Source: Sarea resinae
Lineage: Eukaryota
Length of the DNA: 64,000 nucleotides
Direction of reading: 5' to 3'
NCBI GenBank assembly: GCA_026026165.1
Contig: JAPEUD010000067.1
Coordinates: 1 to 64,000, forward strand
Position 1 is the first letter of the stretch. Each line of letters starts with the position of its first letter. Both the position numbers and the translations under genes were made by a program. The notes under the pieces are model-generated. The model made no database searches. It was not told the origin of the DNA and saw nothing but the letters and a program-made list of their open reading frames with translations. Below, one piece after another: positions 1 to 13,155 of the stretch.

Positions 1-26
1 TTTTTATTGATCCCCAAACACCCCCC

Positions 27-29
<3 letters not shown>

Positions 30-57
<28 letters not shown>
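30..57. repeat. Poly-C homopolymer (28 nt)
   Basis: Uninterrupted C run read directly from the sequence, upstream of the DENN gene. Confidence 0.95.
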
Positions 58-718
58 GTCCCCAAAGTCCCCAGTCCACTCACCGTCGTCCTCGTACTGT
101 TTCGACCTGGACGCATAAGGTAGCGTGGCCTCGTCCCTGAACGTGAGCCAACCTACGCCGACGGAGCTTGAAATGCACCTGAACTGCACCTAGACCAGAC
201 TGTGCTGGACCTCTTCAGTTCCCTGGAGATCGCTCGTGTGCTATTGGCAAGTCCCGTCGAGTACTCTGCATTGCAGCCAAGACCCTCCACTATTCCAGCA
301 GCTTCAGCCTTCCTCCTGTTGCCCACGGAACGCTGTCGACAAGACACAGCAGATCAGCAAACTCACCACGTCCAATTGCCATCTGTAGAAGCAGACGGCG
401 ACCGAGTTCCAGGTTTGCTCCCGACCATACATTACACGAGCACTGTCGCTATCGTTGGCCACTGCTCCGGACAGCTCAGATTGCCGAGCGCACAACAAAT
501 CCGTACGACTAGAGAGCAATTCCGAGAGCGTATAAGGTTACACGAACATTTTTTGATCCAGCGTTCAGGAGACGTCCAATCGACCTCTGGTTGCCGAAAA
601 CTCTTGCTGCCACCCATAGGCCTTTGAAGCGTTGCCCGATGAGTTGAAGCGCCAACCTTCTTCATCGTGCCCTCGCACCCTCCGCTCGTAGCATCACGTC
701 CGAGCTTCGACAGCGTCA

Positions 719-3700
719 ATGGCTCCAGCTTCTCAGTCGGACGGGTCCTCCACTCCTCTCGCAGAATGGTTCTGGATTGCTGGGGTGGATTCAGATTCCC
801 TCTTACAGTTCAACACGAGCAAAAACAAGAGGGCGAGTAGCGGAGCCTTGCAGGTTCCGGTGTCTTCGACGATCGAAGAGGATAAGGCGTTGGAGTCTGA
901 AGATAGCAATGCCGCCAAATCACCACCAGCGGCCATCACAAAGGATGCATCTCCTAGGACTCCCAACGACCTTCGCCTATCCATGCAGTCATTTGCATCC
1001 GCCGATTCACCAGCAACAGGAAGCAACCGGAGCAGCGCCACGATCAAGGCCGTTCAACCCAATGGTTCTGCACTCAGTGAAGCTGATTTTGACAAGGCTC
1101 TACGAAAGTTTGCCTCTGAAAGGGAATCTTTCTTGGTGAGAAATCCGATGCATCAGGGCCCGGGAGAGTCACAAACTGAAGGGCTCCAGGATGAGCTTTC
1201 CTTTAGTGCGGGTACCGTGGCTACCAATCGGTCCAAGCCACGGTCCAAAGCACAGCGCATCAATGGCGAAGACATTGAGGGCCTCAAGTTATCGGGTGGA
1301 AGCATCAGAAGACGGATATCTTTCAGGTATATCAGATCTCTGAGAACTTTTGACCATTTGCTCAATGATTTTAGGGATTTGAATTCGATGAAACGACAGC
1401 CCTCGGTTGTTAGACAACGTAGGTGTCATGATCCCAGGCCTAAGCTCTATGTTGACTCATAATCTTGCAGCTTCCGTTCGCACGGCGAAGAGACTAAGCA
1501 ACTACAATTCCGTCATACCCACACCTCAACCTCTAAACCCGTCACCGAAAATGCATCCTCTCAGAAGACGCTTCGAACCAGTTCTACTCGACAGATACCC
1601 TCCGAAAAGCATGGTAGAAGAAGTAAAACGACGAGGCCAATTTCCAGACTATGTCCCCATGTTCGCGTTTCCAAACGACATCAACATCGTTTCCTCTGAT
1701 GAACGGCCGCGGTCAACCTGGCATGGCTTTGCGATGACCTCCGGAGACAATTCGAGGTTGTACGGAATCTGTGTCATCACGTGGCTTCCGTTGAAGCCAG
1801 ACGCAGCGGAAGAGCTAGAGCGGCAGTGTGAGGAATGGAGACGGGACAACATGACAGATGAAGAACGGGAGCTTGCGAGTAGCTTAGGAGAGCGATTGGC
1901 CCAAGAGAGAGCGAAGCTGTCCCGTCTGTTAGCAAAATTGCCCACGATGGCATCTGGTTCTGCAGCGAGAGAAGCACTCGAGGATGACATCAGTGCTGTG
2001 GAGGAGAAGATTGGGTTGATGACTGACTTGCTAAGACCGGTACGCCATGGTGCAGCTTCGAAAATAGACGGTTTGACGGAGAGCGAAACCGGCCTTTGGA
2101 TACCACGGGCTTATGGAATACTCGGACGAGACGCCAATTTGACTAGCTTTTGGAAGGAGTGGCTGCGAGCAGTTGTGGTGCCCATGACGAATGGTGGTGT
2201 CCTACGGGTACCCCCAAGCTCCCCTAAGACGGGAATGTGGCAGCCACTCGAGAGATATGTTGTGAATCTGTGCGCCGAAGCATTGAGTCCAATTACGTCC
2301 AAAACGCAAGTGGAGATTGCCGTACGAGAATTACGGCTCTTTGCCAGGAAGGAGGCAATCAACGAGCTTCCAGGCTCACGAAACGTATGATCTCCCTGCA
2401 TGCCGATCTTCCTAGAGACTGCTAACGGCCCATTAGACCGATTTATATGCTCTGTTCCGAGCATTATCGATCCAGAATATAGTAATATTATTCGAGGCAA
2501 GTCTTTATATATCAGACTCAACGTACAGTACTGATTTATATCACAGTTTGCGCTAGCAGAGTCCCGCATTATCCTGCTCTCTTCACATACTGCCATGCTT
2601 CACCTAGCAAGTAAAGCTCTGGTCCACCTGCTCTATCCTCTGACCTGGTCTGGAGTCTTCATACCTGTGCTCCCAGCGCGATTACTTCAAGCACTAGGCG
2701 CCCCTTGTCCGTATATTGTCGGTATCGAGCGTCGCTACGAGAATATTGAATTGCCTGACGACGATTTCGTTTTGGTTGATCTAGACCGGAATGAGATTGA
2801 GAGCACCGTTCGACCCCAACCCCTTCCACGGATGCACCGAAGAAAATTGAATTCCCTTCTGCAGCTCGCCGCGCCCCATCACAATCGTTATGGTGTTCCT
2901 TGCGGGCCCCCTCTGTATGCCGTCGAGACGTTTCCCCACGATGCGTTCTCTTCAGAGAACAATTCTATTTTCGCTCAATATGCGCCTCCGAGTACTCTTT
3001 CGAAGCTTGTCAGCATGAATTCGGCATCTTTCGGAGATGCCTCATCCGGCACCACTCCTAAGCCTCCAGTCTTCAATGCTTTCTTACAAGCAAGGAGCGA
3101 GCATGCCCGTCCGTGGGATAGGCCTTCTACCAGCTCTACAAGCAAGACTAGTTCTCCACCGTCGCCGAAGTTATCACCTACATCATCTCATTTCCCTCCT
3201 CTTCCAGCTACTCCGATATCACGACAGGACTCCGGCTATGCTCTTCAGGCAACATTGCGGGAAAAACGCTCCGGCCATTTTGATACAGCTTCCCGGAGGA
3301 GCTCTTCGGTATGCAAAACCCTTGATTATTTTCTCTGATTGTGTGCTAACCATCAGAAGTTCGGCTTCGAACGAGTGCCGACCTTGAGGAGGCCAAGCAT
3401 GCCCTTCAGCGCACATTCTTCCAGTCTTTCGACGTCGACATTGTCCACGGAAACTGCATCAACTTCTCACTACGCGCCTTCAACGTATGCAGCTTCGACC
3501 TTGGCTGCATCTACGATTATGCCAAACATGCTCATGCAACCAATACGCAATACAGATACCACTTCTTGGGTCGAAGGGCATTGCTTACAGTGGGTGGCGC
3601 ATGATGATAAAGCCACTTGCTCCGTATGTGATGAGAAATCGGATGAGGGTATTTATCGATGTACAGGTATGTAGCCTTTTGAACCATCCTCTGCTATTTT

Positions 3701-4497
3701 ACTGACCTTCTCAGGTTGTAATGTCAGGGCTCATGGGCGGTGCAGTCAACAAATCTGCATTGTCTGCCCCGCTGCGTTCCGCCCAGATCAAGTTCGGGCT
3801 GCATTTATCCGATGCTTTGCCAGCCTGTTCTACACTTACAGAAAGTACCTCCTTCCCGCAGTCGGCGATCAAAAGAAGGCGGGGATGCTTTATCGATTCA
3901 ACACAGACGGTTTCCTCCGAAGCATGCCGCACGAAAATGCCGACTATGTGAACATGCTCCAGCAAACTCAAGGTCGGTAGTTTATTGTACTGCTGCAAAG
4001 GAATTTTATTAATCTCGTCGCAGGCTTCAACGAGTTTATCCATGAGCGCGAGAGTAAGCCACCGAATGACCCTTCTATCTTACTCTTCGACCAAATCATT
4101 CTCTCAAAGAAGAACCGTGGCCGAACCTCGTTCTTTTCCAAGTCCAGTGAGTGCTCCACTCGCTCCACCACTTTAGTCACCGACAGGTCGTACTAACGCC
4201 TCCTCAGACACAGACTTTTTATCGGACACGTCGGACCATGTCTGGCGATCAGCTGCAGCGACTCCTCCAAACAGTCGGTTCCCGGGCGATTATCGGCAAG
4301 TCGTCAGCAGAAGTCAGTCCCCTGCCCTGTGCTTTCTTAAAAATGAGCCTAACAAGCAAAAAGTCCCCGCCAAGCTCGACCCAACTTTGATGAAGGAGCC
4401 ACGCGTCATCCAAGGTGTTCCGCGTATACCAAACGCTAAAGCGAAGCGAAAGCCTATCCCTTCGAAGCTCGGCAAAAGCAATGGGCAGCCACCGTGA
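719..4497 (+). CDS. DENN domain Rab-GEF-like protein (uDENN/DENN/dDENN with a C1-like Cys/His finger), multi-exon
   Basis: Exons join ORFs 719, 1407, 2595, 3339, 3740 and onward. Motifs: LAEWFWIAG, FPDYVPMFAFPNDI, YPLTWSGVFIPVLP, APCPYIVGI, CSVCDEK..CTGC. Stop TGA at 4495-4497. Confidence 0.88.
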
Positions 4498-5347
4498 TGG
4501 TTCTCGTGCCGTGACATAAGCATGATGCAGACTGGATATCGATCTTTTACGCCAGATATGTCCAATTTTTTCTTCCTCATTTGGCGGGATGGTATGGCAC
4601 TTGGTTCAGGTTAGGTCAGGTTTGGTCGGATTTGGTTGGCCTCCTCGGGCTGGGCGCATAAGGATTGGGCGCATCAATTTCACCGTCACTGTCCTGCATC
4701 TATCTCATCGGTAGTCCATCTCAGCAAGCAAGCAAGCGAATTCGAAGCGAATCAAGTCATATCACAGCGTAGGAAATATCTTTTGTTCCTATCCCCTTTC
4801 CTTTTCAGATAGTACTTTTCTTGTCTATCTCCAAGCATTTTTCGTTCAGACAGACGGTCTCGTTCCGTTGTTCCCCTTGGATGGTAATCGGGGGTCTATG
4901 CCTTCCCACGCCGGCAGTACCATGCAATGTGTGCACTAAGGGATGAAGGGCTTCGGCTCAATATCTGACACGGGCGTCGGATTTACTCGGCTGGAATAGA
5001 TAACGTTGGGGCTGGAATTGGAAGAAAACGAAATGAACGGCATAGCGAATGTATCTCACAATCTTCCTCGGCACTGCCCATCATCCTATGTTACTACGTA
5101 GTACGCCCCTGCGTTGCATGTATGTCATGTGTCGTCCTAATCTTTTTGGGGGGAGACTTGGTAATCGAGAGACGTTTCGACAAAGAATGTCGAAGACTAA
5201 GACCCCTCTTTTCGAAACCCATCGCTCTGTTCCGTTGTTTCTCCTTCTCCGCTTGGTTCCTGTCCGTCCGCCCGTCTTTGTCTCATTGGGTTAGGGTGTT
5301 AGTAGGTCATCAGAGAGGACGTGAGGTAGGTGAATAGATAGGTTAAG

Positions 5348-5397
5348 AGGTAGGTAGGTAGGTAGGTAGGTAGGTAGGTAGGTAGGTAGGTAGGTAG
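5348..5397. repeat. (TAGG)n tetranucleotide microsatellite, about 12 units
   Basis: Direct tandem repeat. It produces the spurious YLPT-repeat ORFs. Confidence 0.95.
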
Positions 5398-5910
5398 AGA
5401 GGTAGCATAGCGTAGCAGCCGATTCCACGGACCCGTAAACGTGGGTGGGAGTGCTTGAACGTCGGTAATAGTAGCAAAGCATGCACGCTTGAGAGGAATT
5501 GGCACCAAAGGATATCTCCATTCTTCACCTCCGTCATTTCCGTAACCTGGGTTTCTTATCCCTTTTTATTGTTCCAGCATTGGTTCGTGTTGCACGACCT
5601 GGGCTCTAGAAACTGGCTGTATTGTATCACTGCTGTTGCCGGATCCCCCAAAGAAAGCATGTAGACGGCTTACGCAAGGAAAAGAGTCTCGATCAGGTTT
5701 GCAGATTAGAGAGACACATATGCAGGTCAAACTTTTGATTTCTGTCTCCGAGGTATTCCTCAATGACAACACCAGCTAGAACGAATCTACTCGGCCCGAG
5801 GAACCAAAAGAATTAGAAGAGGGGCTATCAAAAGGGGAAAGAAACAAAGTCTCTGAAGCCTCCTATGGGGGTTTTACAATTCCATCTATCTACCACAATA
5901 CCCAAGTCTT

Positions 5911-8498
5911 CTACTTCTTCTTGGCAAGCACGTTCAGCGCACTGCCCGCAAGCACGAAAGCGCTCTGGTCCTGGCTGAGCGTATGCCGGGTCGGAACACG
6001 GACGACCTCCCCTGAGCCCCTCTTCTTGACGACGAGCGTGACAGAGCCCTTGCCACCACTCTGCAAAACATCGTACAGCCCCTCGGTGTCGACGTCGTCG
6101 CAGGCATCGATACGGTCGTAGTCGGCTTCGTTCGCAAACGTCAGCGGCACCAGGCCCTGTTTTTTGAGGTTGGTCTCGTGGATGCGGGCGAAGGATTTGG
6201 CCAGGATGACGCGGGCGCCGAGATATCGGGGCTGGAGAGCAGCGTGCTCGCGTGCGGATCCTTCGCCGTAGTTGTGCTCGGCCACGACGAGCCAGGATGT
6301 CCCTGCGGCTTTCCAGCGCGCGGCGAGGTCGGGGATGGAGTGCGTGGAGCCGTCGAGGTCGTACGCGACGTTGGTCTCGCCGGTGGCGGCGTTGACGGCG
6401 CCGATGAGTGTGTTGGCGCTGATGTTGGGGAGGTGGCCCTTGTATTTTAGCCAGGGTCCTGCGGCGCTGATGGTGTCGGTTGTGCACTGGCCCTTGACCT
6501 TGTATAGGACGCGGAGGCCGGCGAGGTCGTGAGGCGGAAACGGCGAGAAGGGTTCGAGGACAGCGAGCCGCGTGGATTTCGGATCAATGACGACCGGGGC
6601 GGATGGGTCGGGCACGCCTGGGGTCGGTTGGAAGGCTGGATTCCCTTGGGCAAAGCCCGCCGAGGGGAGTTCGGAGCCTTGTGGCGGTGAGAAACGGAAG
6701 GGCTCACCGGACGGAGTGGAGATGGTGTCTGTGAGGGGGTTAAATGTAGTCGAGCCGGCGTATGACATGGCGGTCACGATCTCAGGAGAGGCGAGGAAGT
6801 TCATTGTGTCTGGGTTGCCGTCGTTTCGGCCACGAAAGTTGCGATTGTAGGACGTGAGGATGGCGTTGGTGTCTCCCTTCTTAACACCATCTGTGCGCTT
6901 CCACTGCCCGATGCAAGGACCGCAGGCGTTTGCCAGAACGGTGCCGCCAGCCTCCGAGAAGGTTGAGAGAGTCTCGTCACGTTCGAGCGTAGCGCGGATC
7001 TGCTCGCTACCAGGCGTGATGAAGAAGTCGGCCTTGGGCGTCAACCCAGCGGCCGAAGCCTGCTTGACCAAGTCCTCTGCGCGAGTCATGTCTTCGTACG
7101 AGCTGTTAGTGCAGCTTCCAATGAGGCCTGCACCAAGCGTCTCCGGCCAGCTGTTCGTCTTGACCATATCGCGAAACTGTGAGAGTGGGGTTGAGAGGTC
7201 AGGCGTAAAGGGGCCATTAATGTGTGGCTCGAGCTCTGAAAGGTTGATAGTGATCAATTGGTCATATTCTGCCGCTTTATCCGCGCGAAGGAGGTTCTGA
7301 GGATCTGCAGAAGATGCAATTCTCGATGCCGCTTCGGCGATCGGACCTCGGTGTGTAGCCTCAAGGTAAGGGATCATTGGAGCGGAAAAGGGGAATAATG
7401 ATGTCGTCGCGCCAACCTCTGCACCCATGTTGCAGATCGTCGCCATCCCGGTACAGCTCAGCTCTTCAACGCCAGGGCCATGATACTCAATGACGAAACC
7501 AGTCCCTCCCTGAAGATCAAATCAGTACGTGGGCTTAAGCTTAGGATTAGGACAAACACGTACTCTCACGGTCAATTGGCCAGCCAAACTCAAGATAACA
7601 TCCTTTGGAGACGCCCAGCCGCTCAATTTGCCTTCCAGACGGACTCCCAGCACCTTGGGTGCTTTCAGTTCCCAAGGCGCATCCACCAGGGCATCCACAG
7701 CGTCCGCCCCACCAACGCCGATTGCGATAGCTCCCAGCCCGCCAGCATTCGGCGTGTGGCTGTCCGTTCCCAACATCATCAGGCCAGGGGCAGAGTAGTT
7801 TTCTAGGACCGTTTGGTGGATGATGCCTGCGCCAGGCGGCCAAAATTCGATTCCATATTTCTTTGCAGCCGACTCCAAAAAGTCAAAGACCTCCTTATTG
7901 CCGGCAATAGACGCAGGTAGATCCGTGTCGGCGCCCCTTTCGCCCACGATCATGTGATCGCAATGTATACTCGCCGGAACGGCGGTCGATGGCAGGCCGC
8001 ACGACATGAATTGAAGTAGAGCCATTTGCGCGGAAGCATCTTGCATGGCCACTCTGTCCGGCTTGAGCTTCAGGTTTGCATTTCCTCGGATGGATGCGCC
8101 ATTTTGAGTATTTGAGAGTAGAGACTCCTCCGCGTTATCCAGATGCGAGTATAAGATCTGTTCATTCATGTCAGAAGCTGTCACTGGCCGGTCACAGGGC
8201 TAAGGTAGCTTCTCACCTTCTCGGCGAGGGTGAGAGATCGCGACGGCCCCAGAACACGACGGACAGTCCCCAGTCGCTCCAAGAGCTTCGCATACGGCGG
8301 CGTCCTAGCTGGGAGGTCGGATCGCACTGGCGATTTCAGGTCGGCGACGGTGGCCAAGCTCCTCGTCCCCGTCGTGGCGCATTGTCGGGCTCCTTGAGCA
8401 GCCTGGAGATATGTGAGCGATGGGTCTGCAAAATTCATACAATTGGGGACGCAAACCCTCAAGGCGGTCCGTCCGCTTGACAGGCGGATCATCGTCAT
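5911..8498 (-). CDS. ACO2: Mitochondrial aconitase-family protein, Aco2/homocitrate dehydratase type
   Basis: [53 protein letters not shown] (Fe-S cysteines), [13 protein letters not shown]. Arg/Ser-rich presequence and 3 introns. ACO2 versus ACO1 assignment is inferred from divergent motifs. Confidence 0.9.
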
Positions 8499-9204
8499 GC
8501 CGTGATCTCCTCACTGTCGTCTCTCCTGCTCAGAGCGTCGTAATGGACGTCGCTGTCAATTCGGGCGTTGCAATGAACAGACCCGGTATCGGCACCAGAA
8601 ATAATCTCGAGTCGTCAGTCAATATCACTCGTCCATGATTGGTGCAGGAAGCGACATGCAGAATCCGGGGAAGAGGTACACGCCGACAAGTTACTTTCCC
8701 CCCATCTTGTAGGACGATCTACTCCGGACTACGTAGTGCGCATACCGGCTGCCCCTCTGGGCACCTTGGAGAGCTGACCTTGACGATGTTCGATGACATG
8801 AGAGTGAGAGGCGATCTCTACAGTCCAATATCATGATATCTACACATGATATCTACATTTCCTTGTCCTCTTCTGGGCCCTTTTTCCTTCCAGACCTGAA
8901 GGGCATGAAACATCCATCCATTTCATCGTTCAGACGGGGAGACTGCATCGCCTTTAGCGCAACATCGCGAGACGTGGAAGTCCCTCGGTACCCCCACCCC
9001 TCGCCGCTCGACGTCGACCCAACGCCGACGTTCAAAAGGGCCGAGCCGAGCCATTTTCTTTCTCTCACCGCCCACCCACCCAAACTCGACACTGGTTCCA
9101 CCGCCTTCGCTTTTCCTCCCTCCTGAACACCAACCCCAACGTCCCACCCCCAGACGCTCTCCTGTCATTGCGGACAAGCACAGATCAAAGCACAGCCGGC
9201 AGAC

Positions 9205-9534
9205 ATGGCCCGTGGTAATCAAAGAGAGGTGGCGCGGGCCAAGAATCTCAAGGAGGCCGCCGGCCAGAAGAAGAAGAACAATGTACGTTGCTCTGGTGCG
9301 TCTTTCGGCTGTCGCATGACGGGTCTCGCCCCAGGGCTGATAGCCGATCTCTAGCAATCCGGCACCGAGTTTGCGCGCACCAAAGAAGAGCAAGCAAAGA
9401 TCATGCGCGAGAAGCAGGAGGCAGGTCGGTTACTCGAAAACCTCGGCCTGGCTGTTGGGTCTGTATCGCATTTGCTGACATGTTCACCTACAGCAAACGC
9501 CAAAAAAGCAGCTACCGCGGCCGGCAAGAAATAG
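9205..9534 (+). CDS. Small EDRK-rich factor (SERF/4F5 family), 3 exons; absent from the ORF track
   Basis: MARGNQREVARAKNLKEAAGQKKKNN | QSGTEFARTKEEQAKIMREKQEA | ANAKKAATAAGKK*. The MARGNQR start is the family signature, and introns are canonical GT-AG. Confidence 0.9.
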
Positions 9535-10181
9535 ATGCTCCAACTTCTGACTGAAATTACTGCGGGCGCGAGAGAGAAGTCATAGATCAAGGGCGTCAGG
9601 TTTGGATATGGAGTGTAGAAGGTGACTGGATGGAGAGGCTAATCAATCATTTTGCTTTTTCTGGTTACGTGTCGAAGTTACGTTAGCAAGGCAAAACCGT
9701 GACAATGAGGTAGCCTGATTCGATCTCCGGGAATGCTGACTCCTTTGCTTGAGATGTGATGGAAGCATGGTCCATGATGTTTCTGGATGGCTTGCAAGAT
9801 ACCTAGGCAGTACTCTCGATGTCCAATCTGGAGCGTTGGTGCTGCCAGAAATCCCCATCCCCAATCCTAATTCCGAATGGTCCATATGCCATACGCAAAA
9901 GAAGCACCGCGATTGATACTACGTCTTCCTTAGGTCAAGCGCGGCTGACTAGCAACTCAACCGTTCAGTATATATACCAAAGATATCAAGATCTTGCTAA
10001 ACCCTCACCCGAGTCTAGGATGTTAATCCATTTGAAGTATCTTGCCTTCTTGAGCAATCTGGACGTCTCAACGCCCTTAGAGATCTGTTTTGAGGCTATA
10101 CAGCTCAAAGAGATACACTTCACCAATGAGGCCAGGACTCCACCCCCATGCAGCTCAGAGTGTATCTCACTCAACCAAGCT

Positions 10182-11019
10182 TCAATGGCTGGCGTTTTGT
10201 TGTGCTTGCTGTTGGCCCTGATAGAGGCCCGTATAGTAGCCAGCGTAGTACCAAGACATCAGCAGATGCTTGAGAGCTTGGTCTTGAGCTATAATTGGCA
10301 ATTTAGCAAAAGCAAGCTATTATCATATATGAGGGTGGGGAGGGCGAGTTCTTACGGCCATCTAGAAGTGTGTTGGGCATACTCGTAGCATCTAAGAGAC
10401 CTGCATGAGGTCCTTTAGTTGCTGGCCCTGACTGATCGGTAGTCTGGGATTGCCCTTGAAGGCATGCAGCCTGAGTCTACCTCTCTCATTAGCCTTGCAT
10501 CTGTAGAGAACGTTTGTGGAAAATATAGTATACTTTACATTTTTACTCGCCGCATCGCCGTGATCGAGCCCGTTCACACCTGCATTTTCCTTCTCAGAAG
10601 GAGCCGGGCCCTTGGTGTCAGGATGTTGGTCCACTCCGCTCCATTTCAGGCTCCCATTGCCATGAGGACGTGCGCGCTCTTTGCTGCTGCCATTCCCTAC
10701 CCGGCCGTCCTCTACTGCGGTATCCCTATCGAGATTACATTTAGTGCGCCGTCGTAGATAGATATGACAGAAGCTCACATATCATCAGCTTCTGCTTCCC
10801 CGTTCTGATCCTGCTCAAGCCGTCTCAAAACCTCCTCGACATTCTCGCCACGAGCATGTATGCTATGGTAAAGCTATCATATCTCATCAGATAACAAGAG
10901 CTTAGCTATGGATGGAATGCTCTGACCTTGTACTCCTCGAGAGCTTCATCCCACGACTGGACCAAGGCCGAATCATCCCATATCTCTTCGTGCGAGAGGT
11001 TTTTCCTCTTCTTAGGCAT
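10182..11019 (-). CDS. SMN1: Survival motor neuron (SMN)-like protein, 5 exons, no Tudor domain evident
   Basis: N-terminal Gemin2-binding motif EIWDDSALVQSWDEALEEYK|LYHSIHA and C-terminal YG box LKHLLMSWYYAGYYTGLYQG. GT-AG introns keep the frame. Confidence 0.9.
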
Positions 11020-11241
11020 GATAGTTGATTGCGAAAGTAATGTGTGAAAGGCACAGTGCAGTGCCGTACTGCGCTGTCTATGCGCTTGGTGTTGGTCTAG
11101 ATCTGATATCGCGCTAGTAGGGGCCGCCTACAGTACGGTACCTAACCTTAGGTCGCCCAAAAATCAAAAGTTTCGTTCGCTTCCGCACATCAATTGTTTT
11201 CACGACCAGAACATACAGCATCGCAAAACATTGATCCAACG

Positions 11242-12694
11242 ATGGCACCAGAATCGAAAAAGCGCAAGGGTCAGTTGTTCCTCGCAATGAAAGCTCTCGG
11301 CCTCTACTGATACACAATAGCTGCCGCCCCGGCGGCCAAGTCAAGCAAGAAGACAAAGAAGGCCGAGGATAGCACTTCGGTAGCTCCAGTCGAGGCAACT
11401 CGCCCGAAGAGAACCAAGAAAACAACCGCAACGGAAGAAATCGTAGAGATTGCAGCTCCAGCGCCAGAAGAAGCCGTTAAAGAGACCAAAAAGTCAAAGA
11501 AATCCAAGAAGACCGAAGAAACGGTCGAGGATGCAGACCCTGCACCAGCTGAGCCGATCAAGGAGGCTAAGAAGTCCAAGAAGTCCAAGAAGTCCAAGAA
11601 GTCCAAGAGGACAGAGGACGTCACCGAAAATACGCCCGCTGTAAGAGAATTTGCTCAGGATCTAAAAAAGTTGAAAAAAGTGATCGCCGACTCGGCTGTA
11701 AAGAAGGCTACCTCGAAGAAGGAAGAGAAGGAACCTAAGGTCGCCACATCATCCCCACCACCTGAGACCGTTGGCGAACCCGCGGAAGAGGATGAAGAGG
11801 AAGAAGAGGAAGATCAGACCAAAGCTCTGCTGAAGGGTTTCGAAAGTAGCGACGAGGAAGAAGGCCCCGGCGATGAGGGTTTCGAGGCAGGTCAAGAGGT
11901 CCCAGCTATTCCCGACGATAAGAAGATGCGCAAGAAGCTCAAGGGCGCCAACAAGGACGGAGACGGCAATCCTGGCGTTGTCTATGTTGGGTTCGTAATC
12001 TTTCTTGCCTCACCCCTTCTCGCTCTTGTTCTATGACTGACGAAAAAATCTATTTAGGCGCATTCCCCATGGCTTCTACGAAAACGAAATGAAAGCCTAC
12101 TTTTCTCAATTCGGCGACATCCGTCGGCTTCGTCTGTCTCGCAACCGTAAGACTGGCAAGAGCAAGCACTACGCCTTCATCGAGTTTGCCTCCTCGGAGG
12201 TGGCTCGCATTGTCGCGGACACGATGAACAATTACCTCATGTTTGGCCACATCCTAAAGTGCAAGCTGGTCCCCAAGGAACAAGTCCACGCCAGCCTCTG
12301 GAAGGGCGCCAATAGGCGTTTCAAGGCCGTGCCGTGGAACAAGCTCGAGGGGAGAAAGCTGAGGCTGGGTATGGATCGCGAAGGGTGGGGCAAGAGGATT
12401 GAAAGCGAGCAGAAGAGGAGGAAGGGCATGGAGGAGAAGCTGAAGGCTCTTGGATACGAGTTCGATGTTCCGGAGGTCAAGAGCGTGGACGATGTGCCCA
12501 AGAAGGAGGAGCCCAAGTTGCTCGAGGAGGCCAAGGAACCGGTCGTAGAGGAGACAACTGTGGTGGTCGAGAAAGAGGAGCCAAACACTTTGGTCGTCAC
12601 GGAGGATGTTACGACCAAGGTCGCTGCTGCCACGCCCGAGAAGAAGTCGAAGGAAACTAAGAAGTCGAAGAAAGGCAGGAAAGCGGCGAAATAG
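11242..12694 (+). CDS. NOP15: Nucleolar RRM ribosome-biogenesis protein Nop15/NIFK
   Basis: GVVYVG|RIPHGFYENEMKAYFSQFG..LSRNRKTGKSKHYAFIEF..MNNYLMFGHILKC. Lys/Glu-rich N-terminus with (KKS)n repeat at about 11569-11606. Confidence 0.93.
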
Positions 12695-13006
12695 ACGAAG
12701 AGGCAGATTTGCAAGTTGTGCCTCTTTTTCAGCATCGTCACGGGTATCTCTTTTCTCATCCGCTTGAATGATAGGTTTCTTGAATTGAAGATATGTTTGG
12801 ATAGAATCGTTGGAACTCCACGGTCAGGTCTCACGGTGTAATGGCAATATCCAGCATCTTGCGTCCAGAGATATATGAAAGGTGTCGACTTTATTGATCA
12901 TGATACGTGACATTCGCAGAGACTCCTATCAAGACAACGCTACAATAATCTCACAATCCTAGAAACTTGGATGCCCTCCACATATCTCCGCATCTCCACC
13001 AATTGA

Positions 13007-13155
13007 GCATGTACGCGCAAAGCGAACCGAATCAACCACACGAAAATCGTTAGGCAATGAGCCGGATTAGAAAGGCGTTTGAGGTACTCTCGGTCACTCG
13101 GGAATGTGTAAAGACAATGGAAGCAGTGTCTCCTACAAGGGTATGTTGAGGACCT
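13007..13155 (-). ncRNA. Box H/ACA snoRNA; 3' pocket matches 25S rRNA AAAGCGAA-U-GAUUAGA
   Basis: Minus strand reads hairpin 1 (GGUCCUC..UGUAGGAGACA/UGUCUUUACA..GAGUGACC), H box AGAGUA (13090-13085), hairpin 2, then ACA (13012-13010) plus 3 nt. Pocket strands UCUAAU and UUCGCUUUGC sit 14 nt from ACA. Confidence 0.8.

Noticed and set aside
21..57. CCCTAACCC near the window start as a telomere or telomerase template
   Set aside because: A single unit merging into a poly-C run, with no tandem TTAGGG array.
5291..5537. ORFs with YLPT repeats
   Set aside because: Translations of the (TAGG)n microsatellite.
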